Assembly: GCF_036321535.1 (NCBI RefSeq)
Contig: NC_087437.1
Coordinates: forward strand, 4,650,001 to 4,714,000
Reading direction: 5' to 3'
Origin: Camelus dromedarius
Lineage: Eukaryota
DNA: 64,000 nucleotides
Under the pieces are notes generated by a model. That model was not told the origin of the DNA. It did no database searches and saw only the letters and a program-made list of their open reading frames with translations. Both the position numbers and the translations under genes were made by a program. Shown one piece after another: positions 12,780 to 26,380 of this stretch. Position 1 is the first letter of the stretch. Every line of letters begins with the position of its first letter.

Positions 12780-13050
12780 TCCATGCTGGCTGCACTCACG
12801 TGTCTGGCCCTGCGGTGCGATGGCTGGACACAGGCTCGTGGGGCCACACGTGGCCTCCCTGTCTTCTCACAAGGTGGCTGCCTTCCCTAGAACGAGTGTC
12901 TTGAGGAGCCATGCGGCCTCTTAGGACCCAGCCCTGGAGGGTGCGGCATCACCTCCCAGTGTTCTAATGGTCAGAGTGATCAAAAGCTCACCTAGATTCA
13001 AGGGGAAGGGATGTAGACCCCACCTCTGAATGAAAGTGTATGAAAAGCCA
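12780..13050. mobile_element. MaLR (MLT1-like) LTR fragment
   Basis: cacctagattcaaggggaagggatgtagaccccacctctgaatg resembles MLT1. Confidence 0.55.
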
Positions 13051-13119
13051 CCCACACCTGTCCCCACCTCTGCCCTGTGTCTCCGGCCTCATCGCTTTTG
13101 GTCGAGCCCTCTCCCCAGA

Positions 13120-13262
13120 GTGGGCTCTTTGGTCCCTGGTCTGCAGCACCTGCATCCCTGGGACCCTGCAAGAAACCCAGATTTTCAGGCCTCACCCCAG
13201 ACCTGCTGAGTCAGAGTAACAAGCTCTCCAGGTCGTTCTGATGAACCCAACAGCTTGGGAGC
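13120..13262. mobile_element. MER5A-like hAT MITE
   Basis: cagattttcaggcctcaccccagacctgctgagtcaga...aacaagctctccagg. Similar remnants near 5110-5190, 21110-21250, 29215-29300 and 40410-40545. Confidence 0.65.
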
Positions 13263-14625
13263 CACTCCCTCCCCTGGGACACAGCTCCCCAGGTGAGCCC
13301 CACGACCACCACGACTGCTGTCACCTTCCCATCCCAGGGCACCCAGGGGAGTGGGGCTGGCCATGGGGTGGAACAGCACAGAACATTCATCGCTGCCCTT
13401 GAGGAAGTCCCGGGGGATAACCTCATTGTGATGTGGGCACCTCCTTTCTCTGAAGGGAGCAGTGGGATGGGGGTGGGGGACAAGGGAAATGGCCAGTTTC
13501 TTTCCTTGGTAAGGTTGTTTCCTGGAGACTAGTCTGACTCTAAAATCAGTCAGCTGCCTGGGGCTGAACGGAACTCAGGTGGCCCCTCCCCACCAGAGAG
13601 AAAGCCCTCGGGCGAAGGCAGTGTGAGCTCCCATCCTCTTCCTCGAGGTGGGGCTTGGGTGAGGTGGGGAGTCCTTCACCCACTCCTCTCATAGGAGCCA
13701 CACCCCCCCAGAATGGTTACCATGAAGATGGGGGAGACAGCCCCACACCTGTAGACCCTCTGCACCCACGGTGGTAACTGGGCTGCTCCAGGGCAACAGT
13801 CTCCTTGGTGAACTGCCAGGGTCCTCCAGCTGAGAGCTCACTGTGACCACACAAATGGAAGACAGGTGCTTCGTTGAAAATTTAACTGGTTCCCTCCACT
13901 CCGGGGGGGGGGGGGGCGACAACCCAGTAAAACAGTAAAACTGGAGTGTAGGCTGGCCCATTTATATAATGAGATTTAGAGATTCTTAAGCAGTTTGACC
14001 CACACATGCCCTCCACGCACATCTAGTGATGGGTAACCGGCGTGTCTGTCCCAGGAAACCCCAGCCTGCGTGTCCAAGCTCCATCTCCGGCCCTTGCAAA
14101 CCACTTGTCCTGGCCACCCCTCATGCTTACAGCTATGTGTGAGTCATGCAGGAGGAAAGACGGGGGAGAGGGCTGTGTAGGCCCAGGAAGCAGGACCCCT
14201 AGGGTGGGGAATTAGGGCTTCCCAGTACCTGGAGCATGGAGTGTACAAATGTCACCTTGGCCCCAGAGACCTCCTCCTCCTGGCCTGGTCACAGCCAGAG
14301 GGAGCCCAGAGCAGTGCCCTCCTGGCCAAGTCTCAGGGCTGTTTTGGAGCTCCATTCTGTCCTCAACCAGATTCTAACACGAAGCTGGGGGCAGGGCTGG
14401 GTTTGCAAGACTGGGCTTTGTGACCTTGGGCAAGTCCCTCCACATCCCTGGACCTCAGTTTCCTCCCTCGTCCCTGAGGGAGCAGGACTGCTCCCACATT
14501 CCAGAACCCTCTGCAGAGTCTGTGAAGCAGACTTGAATTCAGACCTCTCATTCCAGCCAGCAGTTCTGGGACACCAGCCCCACACCCCTAGGGAAGAGAG
14601 AGCCACCATAGGGAAGCACACGGCC

Positions 14626-14631
14626 TTTATT
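14626..14631 (-). terminator. COLQ poly(A) signal AATAAA
   Basis: TTTATT on + strand about 1.3 kb past the COLQ stop; GU/U-rich sequence (cgtgtgcttcc...ctctcttcc) follows on the - strand. Confidence 0.75.
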
Positions 14632-15943
14632 TACTGATTTCCCATCTGGAGGTCCCAGTATGAAGGCGGTGGCTTCACATGGGACGACGTGGGCCATGTA
14701 ACATCACCCCAGGAATTGCGGTAGAGGCTGAGGGAACCAGGCTGACCAGTGGTCCCTCTGGACACCACCCCTGGGCTGATCCTGCCCACGACAAACCACC
14801 ATCACTACGCCGACGGCCTGAGACTTAGGCACAGTTAACAGCCTTGTACATGAGCCCAGGAGTGTCCCTCCACCTGGTGACCAGCAGGCACGTCCCATTT
14901 GAGGTCTGCTGTGGGAAAGATGTCTTTCCCAAACAAAGCTAAGCCCCACTCAGGAAAGATGGAGGTGAAAGGCGGTTCACGGACACGCAGGACTCACGAT
15001 CCTGTAGACACGGGGGCTCTGGCACACGGGCACGCACCACGGAGACACAGGAGGCGGTCCCAGGGCGACAGGAGTTGGCAGGCAGCCGGGACTGGCGCTC
15101 AGGACAGACAGGACAGTGCCCAGAGCTCGCACCTCATGCTCAGTCGTGGGGCCAGGCGGGAAACCAGGCGGCACTTTCCCAGGGACCCACCAACGGCCTG
15201 CCTGCCAGCGAATCTCCTGACTGAGAGAGGGGCAGAGGGCCGCTTATGAGACAGAGGCCCAAGTGCACAGAGCTGCGAGGTCAGGACGGTGCCAGGGATG
15301 GGGAGGCCACTGCCCTGCTTTCTTTCGCACGGCAAGCACCCCCCGGGGCAAAGCGCGGGCTGGGCGGCATCCTCAGTCCTTTTTCACAGTTGGGGGCTCT
15401 TCCTGGGAGGGCCGCATCCACAGGAGGCCTTGCTGGGCTGTGGCCAGTTGGGGGGTCCCTGGGCAGGCCCAGAGCTGGGGGCCACCCCAAGAATGGGCCC
15501 ATGTCCCTGCTCTGTGGTCCCCAGGGCCGGGTGAGAATGCTCACAGTCCCAGAGGTCAGAGGAGGGGAGAGGCCTGCCCCCCAGACACCCCAAGATGAGA
15601 GCAAACTCCAACAGTCGTGTGTGTCTAACAGTGCGAAGCCAAGTCCACAGCATCGGGAGGAAAGGGCCCTGCAGGCCGGCTGTCGGGCCAGAGGGTGCGA
15701 CGGGGAGCAGTTCCCAGGCTGGGCACGTGGAGGAGTCCTGGGACTTGGGGTTAGGACAGGATGCAAGTGTCCTAAGTTCCTCCAGTCGGACTGAGTTAAA
15801 AGCACGTCTTAGCAGCAAGAGTTTGTCCTTGTTTCTGTCGCTCAAAGGTGGTGGAAACTGGACCAGGACAGGCGAGGTCAGTCTGCCAAGGGTGGAGGGG
15901 CTGCTGCCAGCTCCGTGGTAGGGCTGCCTCCTCCAGGCGGCCC

Positions 15944-16099
<156 letters not shown>

Positions 16100-16334
16100 T
16101 CACCAACCAGCTGCCCCTGCTGCCACCTCACTGAGGGCCAAGGGCTCCTCAGAGACTGTTCTCACTCTCATGTGGGGTGTGGGGCTTGGGGCAGCCAAGT
16201 CAAGCCGAGGGACCTGGGAACACTGGGTTGGCAGGCGACTGTGCTCTGAACGCAGCGTCTCTGAGGGAGTCGCCCACCTCTCCAGGCCAGAGAGGTTCCC
16301 AGCAAAGTCCGTCAGACACCCTGCACTGCCTCTG

Positions 16335-16480
16335 TGCCGCCCAGCATGGCGGCCGCTGGCCACACGTAGCTGTGGAGCTCCCGAAATAAGGTTAGTGCGA
16401 CTGAAGAACTGGGTTTTTAACTTTATTGAAATTTAAATAGCAACATGTGACCAGGGGCTACCGTATTGGACAACGCAGCC
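16335..16480. mobile_element. MER3-like hAT MITE
   Basis: gttagtgcgactgaagaactg...aaatttaaatagcaacatgtg...gctaccgtattggacaacgcag. Confidence 0.65.
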
Positions 16481-17128
16481 CACACCTCTGTGAGCCCGGG
16501 TGCTAATTCCGAGCCAGTGTGTAATGCACTACACCCGCGTCCCCATGCACCCCTGAGGCTCCCAGGGACTCGGAGAGTCACCACACCAAGACAGCGGTGA
16601 GCCCTGCGCTGCACTGGCCTATACTCCACGTCTGATTGTCCACACTCAGATGTCTTCATGGGGCACCAACCTGCTCAGAGCTTCCGCCAGCTCTCTGGCA
16701 GGTGTCTGTTAGGAGCCTCTGGCTTCGGCAAGGGGGAGGACACGCAGCTGCAAAGGGTCCTGGCCCAGCCTAAACTGAGTTTGCGGGTGACCACATTTCG
16801 ATTCTTTGAAGTGCCCGGATACCTCCATCCTCCACTGGGCTCCCCTCTGAGGCCCACTGCCCAGGGACCCTATGATCCCGGGAGCCACTGGGAATGAAGC
16901 TGCTCGCCTGGGGCCATGGTGAGCACAGTGCTGCTGATGCCCAGGGCCCAGGGCCCAGGCTGGAGCTGGGGGCCTGAAGGGTCATGTGTTCATCGCCTCC
17001 CCGACCCCACATGAGCAGGGACCATGAGCTCTGTTACGTATCACCCTCTCTCAGTGTCTAGAAAGTACATAAGGGGCCCCCAGGGATATTTGTCAAACGA
17101 AGAGGATGCAGGATGGAAGTGGTCCCTA

Positions 17129-17632
<504 letters not shown>

Positions 17633-18584
17633 TTACACCAGGGGAGGGGCCTGGAGTTCAAACCCCGCCCGGCTTTCACAGCGCTTCAGACCCCACGAGT
17701 CCCTTCATGCACCAGGGCCAGAGGGACCCCAGGCAGAGCCAGCATGCTTGGAACTGCCACCCTGGGGACTGTCATGGGAGGTGCAGCTACATGGGAGGAC
17801 AGACTGCCTCCCACTCCGTACCCACCCTGGGCACGCTCACCCTCCCCTGAGCTCCTTGCCTTCGCACCCGCATGTTTCGGGCCTGAGTGCAGCCTGGCTC
17901 CTCTCAGCAGAGGCTTCACCATAACTCAGTGAGGGCGCTCTGAGCCCTTACTCCCCCAAGACCATCCACGCGCATGTCAGCTTAAGGAACTGCCCAGGAT
18001 CTAAGGGCTTGGCTGTCGGAGCATCACACCCATCTTTCTGTCAGTGGGGGAAGCAAGGCCTCCACCACCTTACCCACCGCAGCCTCTGCTCTGGGCGTGA
18101 AGCTGAGCTGGTGGCTTTGAGACCTGCAGCCACACTCTGTCTGACCCCTCACCTCCTGCTCCTGTCACTTGATTAAAAAGAAAAAGGGGAAAAGAGGCAG
18201 CCCTCCAGCACTACACTGCCTGCCCGAGCCTGTGGCATCCGGAGCCTGAGGGGGCTCCGGCCGCCCACTCCCCCCGCAGGGCTGTCTGCTGAGAGCGGGT
18301 CCTCGTGCAGGTGCCTGGCTCCTCCCGTTTGCCCTCAGTCCTGCAGCGCTTTTCTCTTTTGCTAAAGAACGTGGATCAGGATGTGGGTTTTGCAAGATTC
18401 AGAGAAGACGGGGGGCCTGGTGGTTTCTCTGGGGCCAAGATCCTTGACACCGACCCCATCGCCATGCGTGCATGGCAGGTCCACATTTGGCCAGAGTGGG
18501 GAGGGCGGTGCCCCGGCAGCCCAGCTGTGGCTCTGGAACTGCCCCAAACCAGCGCAGCGGGCATCCCGGCCTGGCCCCACTCAC

Positions 18585-19336
<752 letters not shown>

Positions 19337-20035
19337 TCACACTCCCGGGTCCCTCCTGCATGGGTGACGCCTGTCCACTCCCATACCCTCCCAATCCAGT
19401 TCCTGGTGTCTGAGACCGAAATAAAAATGTCCGCCGAGGTTTAAAACTTTTAAACGTGTAAACTGGTACTTAAATAAAGACTTAAATAAAGATGTCATCT
19501 AATCCAGTCATTTAACATGTAGAAATGATGCTTAGCACAATTCTGATGCTCAGAGGCGTTCAGACGGTGCTGTTTACATCAGGGGAAAGCTTGGGTGCAC
19601 TGACACATACGTGACAACAGCGCACTGATTTCATGAACCATAGCACAGCCACATGACAGACAGATTATCATATCTCCCTGCAAAGGACAAACTGACGTCC
19701 AGGGTTTACTTCAGAAAAATCCAAGAGTTGATCGTTGTTGAACTTGGGTGAAGAGGATGTGGCGGTCCATTAGACTATTAATTCTGCTTTTGTGTTTATT
19801 TGAAATTTTCTGTAATTTGTGTTTCTTCAAAAAGACCAAGAAAATACTCCAAAATGAACCCACAACCAAATGGACAATTTGGTTCTCTTCTTTTGTTTTT
19901 TCTGATTTTCCCATTTCCTCTAATGAGTTTGTCCGGTATAATGGGGAAATAAGTTTTACTAAAAGGCTTTTACTAAGCGCAGGGTGGCATCGGGTGACGG
20001 GTCACCTCCCCAGATTCCTCCCAGAAGAGCCTTAC

Positions 20036-20175
20036 CACGGGGACTCGCGGGGAACTGGGCCCATACGCCGACTCCCCATAGGGACGGTTGTTCACATTTG
20101 TGGGAGTTCCACAAAGACATCTTCCTGGAGGCCCGGGAAATCCTCTTTCCCCCTTGGGTCCCATTACAAGTTGTC
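20036..20175 (-). CDS. COLQ: COLQ exon 13
   Basis: (G)[46 protein letters not shown]; donor GTAAGG; 140 nt. Confidence 0.96.
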
Positions 20176-20479
20176 CTAGGAAGCAACAGAGGGCCGTGTT
20201 ACTAGAGCAAAGGAAGAGGAAACCAAACAGCCCAGGGAGGTGTCAGCAACCTTCAGGACAGAAAGGAGTCTGAAGTCCACAGGATCTCCGGTAGGCCTGG
20301 AGGAGAGACCTTGCGGTCCAAGGTCTGGAGGAAGTGGTGCTTCCTTAACCACACTGGGTGTGGCAGCACCTTTCCTGACCCTCTTTCTCCCTTCCCTCTC
20401 TCTATACTTTCGAGACCAGACAGATGGCATGAACTCCAGAAGACTATGCCCCTGGAGGTGACTATGTGCCACAGTGTTC

Positions 20480-20835
20480 ACTAATGCAAGGTCTGTGGTG
20501 GGAGAAGGGGGAACATCTGGAAAAGTCTATCCTCATAGGGGAGAAACATAGATGATGGGAGACAGAGATTCCTCCTTCCTGCCTGGAAGACAGACAAGAT
20601 GTCTGATGCTACAGCAGCCATGCTGCAACCGCGAAGTAACAAACATGAGAAGAGAAGCCAACATGCAGAAAAAACCAGGGCCTCGTGGGCCTGGGGCCCT
20701 GATAGTGACACTTAGAGGCTGAACCCCAGCCAGCCACTGTCCACCTCTGGACTTCTTTGTTGTATGAGAAAAACAGTCCCCTTTTTGTTTAGACCATTAT
20801 TAAGGGGGTCTTCTGGCTGATGACCCCATTGCTGG
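20480..20835. mobile_element. MaLR (MLT1J/K-like) LTR fragment
   Basis: gctacagcagccatgctgcaacc...cacctctggacttctt...gagaaaaac...ttgtttagaccatt. Confidence 0.55.
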
Positions 20836-20838
20836 CTG

Positions 20839-20912
20839 ATAACGTTTATTATTTGCTGACTCATAACGTTTATTATTTGCTGACTCATAACGTTTATTAT
20901 TTGCTGAATCAT
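20839..20912. repeat. 24-bp tandem repeat x3 (ATAACGTTTATTATTTGCTGACTC)
   Basis: Units at 20839-20862, 20863-20886 and 20887-20910; one mismatch in the third. Confidence 0.95.
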
Positions 20913-23900
20913 TTGATTTTGTTCTTATATACGGGATCTTTACAAAGGGATTTCTGAATATGGGTTTCTTTAATCCTTCTGGAAGAAAATGGAATGTCTG
21001 AAAATGCCAGGCCTGTTTGTTCTTCCCTGATACTAAGAGAGTGTCCTGGAAAGATGTGATCAGGAACTTTACTCCCTGCAAAGTGGGAGCCCTGCTGGGG
21101 AGTAGGTCTCACCTGGACTTCTCAAGGCCCTGATGCCCCAGCCACCCTCCAGACCAATTCCAGTAGGATGGCTGAGAATAGCACCCAGGCATTGTGCTTT
21201 TCAAAGCTCTCACAATGGTTCCAATGAGCGCCGAGTTTGAGAGCCGCCAGTCCCAGTAAATGGTCTTGGCACAAAATCCCCCAGCAGGCTGTCCCCACCC
21301 CTCTCCCAGGTGCCTCCGCACTCACTCCTGATCTGGGTTCAAGCATCACTTCTTCAGGGAAGCCTCTCTGCCTCCTCACGCTCCCTCCCGTCCACATCAG
21401 ATACAGTCTCGTGGACTTTTCCTCCCAGCACTCATCTCTGGTTGTATCCACTGTGAGATTATCCAGTCTGGGTCGGTCTCCCCCAGGAGAACGTCAGCGT
21501 CAACAGGGCAGGTGGGTGCCTGTCCTCACTCACCAGTAGGGGGTAACCAGCAGAGGCACCGTACATGTCAGATGACTGAATGAATGAGTGCAGACTGACC
21601 GGAAGGAAAAGAAAGACTAGAGCTCCAGCTGGCAGGAAAGTGCCAGAGCCTCCCAGCAGGAAGCGAGGGGACACGGGGACTGAAAACGGAAATAAGGACG
21701 CACCCTCCTCCCGGGAAGGCGGGGGAGCTGGGAGACTGGCCAGCCATTGGTGTCAGGTTGTAGAACTGTATCCAGGGCAGCCAGCCACTGGGGACATGGT
21801 CTGCAGGTCCCACAAGGGCAGGGAAAAATGACCTCGGGGCCCCCGGGGAAGCGGCTGCAGCTGGAGGAGGAGACCCCAGTCCGAGGGCCCGCACCCCGAG
21901 CCCTCCTGAGCTGGTGGACAGAGATGGCCGGGACCAGAACGCTGCCAGCCTGAGGGGAAGGGAGGCCTGCCAGCACCTGATACCAAGTGAGGGCTGTTTG
22001 TTCTAACAGGAAATACGACTGCAATCCTGTGGGAGGGGCACCCATCTCATGTTCTGATATTTTCAGTGGAGCTTGGACAGACAGAGCCTCCAGCAGCCCA
22101 GGAATGTTGCGGGGAGGCAAGCACCTGGGGAAGATGAGGTGGGAAGGCCCTGCAACCGAGGGCACGAGAAGGCATGGGAGCAAACTTCCCGCAGGCTCTG
22201 CAGCCCCGATGACACCTCCAGAATCATGGCCTCAGAGAGATTCAGGAGTGTGTCCAGTTATCCAGCTACTTAGTGGTGAGGCTGAGATTTGAATTTATGT
22301 TTGACTTAACACTCTGATGTTCAAAAGACACGTGGCCAAGAATACTGATGCTCGCAGGAAGCTGGCAATCCCCAGGTACCATGCTGATTCACTTATACCT
22401 GGCCTGGGTGCAGGAAGGACTCAGCCAAATTTCTAATCTGGTCGTTGCAAATTACATCCTACAGACATTTTGCCCTAGTTCCCTCACCCACCCCGCCAGT
22501 CCCTCTTTCTTGGTTAACCTGGGTGACAAAAAAGTCCCCCTCCACCCCAGCACCATCCCACCTGAGCACCAGGCAGCAGACGCAGATGCAGAGGAGGCTC
22601 CAGACGGGACGGCAGGATGTGGCAGGGAGCCTGCTTCCCGCCACCACAGCCATTTCTCTGCGTGTCCTCCCAGCTGTTGGGGGGCTTCCTGATAGCCTGC
22701 ATTGACCCAAACTTCCCCAGCTTGGCCTTTCGGAACTTGTCCGGTGGGCCTGGCCTCTCCACCATCCATGAGAGCCCGAGGACCTGGCTCTCCATCTTTG
22801 CCCAGGGAGCCTCCCATCTCTGCTGGCGGGAGCAGGTCTGAGCAGGGGTCTTGGGGAAGGCAGAGGACCACAGAATAGTCTCCACATCCCCTGGTCCTAC
22901 ACTCTGCCCCTCAGAGGCTGCACGACCATGTAGGAAGGTCTCAGGACCAAGAGTGGCCGCCAATCAGCTGTGTGACCTTGGGGGTGTGTGTGCAGTTTCT
23001 GAGGCCCACAGTTCTTATCTATAAGAGGAGGCCTGAACTAGACCAGGGGAGTGGAACCCGGGGTCCACAGAGACCACGGATATCCCAAGACGGATTTGGG
23101 GCAGGTCTTCTGGAACTCTGGGAAGTAGTGTACAGAACCTCAGAGGCAGGAAGACACATCCTTTGTTCCCTGAGAGTGAGTCTGGGACTTTGATCTCAAA
23201 GGTTCTGTCCCCACCCCTTGATGGTGCTCCAGCTGGTCCCAAGCAAAGGGAAGTTCTCTTTTAAACTCCTCCCACCCCCTCTCTCCCCAGCCCCCAAAAA
23301 ACGTTTCCAAAGAGCAGGATTATGGCCCCATTTTCTTCAGCCTCTCATCCTGGGAGGTTCCCCAGAAGGGAAGGACTCAAAGGCAGGCACAGGGAGGGGA
23401 CATCAGTCAGAGAGGTGGCCCGCTTCCTGCTTGCCTGCTGTGCGGTGACCCATGGGGACAGACTGAGAGCCAAGGTAACCCAGGTGTGGGAGCCCCTGCT
23501 GGGGCCGGCCCCGCCCACCCCACCTGCCAGATGCCATGAGGAGGCAGAGCTGACTCGGCCAAGACTGTGCCTCAAGGACCTGCCACCTGGAAGAGGAAAC
23601 ATATCTGCAGAAGACAGTCACCAGGGGAGGGGCCACAGCAGACGCCACGTGGGACTGGGGCCAGGGGCCGGACACCCACCCGGTGAGGGATAAGGAAGGC
23701 CTTACTGAAGAGAGGGCTTTGGAAGAAGGAGGGGATTTGGTGGCGTGGACCAGAAGATGACAGGAGAGCTATTTCAGGCCACGTGAGAGAGAGATGGTGA
23801 GAATGTGCTCACCAGAGAGCAGAGTCCCCTGGAGGGCAGAGGGCAGTGAGGCTGGGGTCTGGGGAGGAGGGGGTGGGCAAACGAGCTGCATGAGAGGGAG

Positions 23901-25654
23901 CTGGAAGGCCAAGGAGAGAAGGTAGGATCACGCTGACCCTGCTGCAGGGACGGGGTCGCAAACAACCAGAGACGATAAGACAGAACAGTGGGCATCTCCG
24001 TGAGCTGCCGAGGGTCTCCAGGCCCCAGGAGGGAACCAGGACTCAAGTCAGATATGCACAGCGAGACCACTGACGTCTTCGTTTGCTGAGGTTGCTCCCA
24101 ACCCCACTCCCCCCCCGGCTAGTCCTCAGTTTTGTGAGCCCCTAAATAGCCTGAGAGAGTCCCTTCCAGGCAAAGCCCAGGCTTCAGGCCATGCTCGCCA
24201 TCCCTGGCGCAGGCGGCACGAGGTCATGGGCTCGGGGAATGTCATGCAACCAGAACAAGGAGGCAGAGGACCCACAGGAACAACCTTCCCTGGATCATCC
24301 GGTCAACTCAGGGACATGGGTCAGGGGGCGTGGACAGAGGGCCTGAGCTGCACCTCCGTCCAGCTCCCCTAACAAACCGAAACAGGTGCGGCCGGACGGC
24401 TAGCATCACAGTAACTGACGCTCGTTCTCCCGTTACTTTTTCCTCTCCCAGTTTCAAGGAGGTGGCAAGACTTTACGGCTTTCTTGCCCTTGCTAAGACT
24501 TGCTGACTACTTGAAGACTTCTGTCTTTCTGCTTTCTGTTCTCAAAAGAGAAAAGCTCCTCAGGGAGGGGCGGTGTAGGAGGAGTGTGAGGAGGGAGGGG
24601 CTGAGGTCAGAAGAGGAGGGGTCCCAGCAGACAGGGGAGGGACAGGGACTCCTGAATCCTGGAGAAGAGATGAGATCTCAGAAGGGGCGGCTGTGGGCTC
24701 TCCTGGGGAAGTGGAACGCTGGGGACCAGGATTCTCAGCCTTGGACATGATCTGCTGCCCAAGCCTGCCAGGAGGAAGGTGGTCACGTGTCTGAGCACAC
24801 GGCCTCCGACCACGGCCATTTCAGAGTTGAACAGGGCGGGTCAAAGGCTGGAGGGCCCTCCCCTGATGTTTCTCTGCCATAACTCCCCAGATCTTTGGCC
24901 CCCACTGCTTTGTGGCAGTTGAAGAAGGGAAGAAAACCCCAATAATGCCCGACACTGACTTCTCCTGCCAGCCCGGCAGGATGGAGTCGCAGGGCCAGTT
25001 TTAACTGGGCTTAAAGGATCTAACAAAATGACATTTCGTGGCCATCCCATGATGTGGTTGTAAATATATTCCCATAAGCACGGTGGGGAAAAGTGCACTG
25101 TAAAATTAGAAGAAAAATTTGGATCCCTTTAAAACTGAGGACAAAGAATCTTGCACTGTCAGGAAACAGTATTCCTGGGCCTGGAGCTGCTGTTCATACA
25201 GACGATGTGCCATGAGAGGCCTTACTTGGAGCTGGCAAACTAAACTGGAGCCTGGGCTCAGCCAGTGAGACAAGGTGAAGCAAGGCAGCGGCCTTCCTCT
25301 GCCCTCTTCAATGTAAACATTTGTTTCTTTTTAGAGATTTCTTCCCATATTCAATGAAAATCAGTAAGGACCCTTTCATAACACCTTGTAAGACAGAAAA
25401 ATTTACAACATTGTCTTTACTTCTAGATCTAAGAGAATTGCTTGGAGCCATGAAATATTTTTCCAGAAAATGGTGTTAGTTGATGAAATAGGCACCTGCC
25501 ATTTTTCATTTAAAGTAGAAATGGCATCACCAGTGTAATTTCTTTTTCTTTTTCTTCTCCTCTAATTGTTCTCCAGAATGCTAAAACAGAGCCAGAATTG
25601 TGTTGATCTCTCTTGGGTAAAATTTGAAGAAGCTAAATCGTGGAGAAATTATCA

Positions 25655-26032
<378 letters not shown>

Positions 26033-26093
26033 CTAAAAACCTTGTGGCAAGTGACATTTGAGACAGCGATGGATGCAAGTCTATAGGCATTAC

Positions 26094-26380
26094 TTTTTTT
26101 TTTTTAACTGAAGTACAGTTGATTTACAATATTGTGTTAGTTTCAGGTGTACGTCATAGTGATTGGGTGCTTTTTATTTTTTTTTTTTTTGCAGATTACT
26201 TTTTTTTGCAGATTACACAGGTTATAACAAAATTTGGGTATAATTCTCTGTGCTCTACAGTAAGTCCTTGTTGTTTCTCTCTTTTGTGTGCAGTAGTTTG
26301 TGTCTATTAATCCCACACCCCTAATTTTCCCCTCTCCCTGTCCCTCTCTCCTCCTGTAACCATAAGTTTGTTTTCTACAG
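26094..26380 (-). mobile_element. L1 3'-UTR fragment (sense to COLQ)
   Basis: T-run, then aactgaagtacagttgatttacaatattgtgttagtttcaggtgtac...taaccataagtttgttttcta. Confidence 0.85.

Noticed and set aside
20839..20912. CRISPR-like short repeat array
   Set aside because: The repeats are contiguous with no spacers, and the DNA is mammalian.
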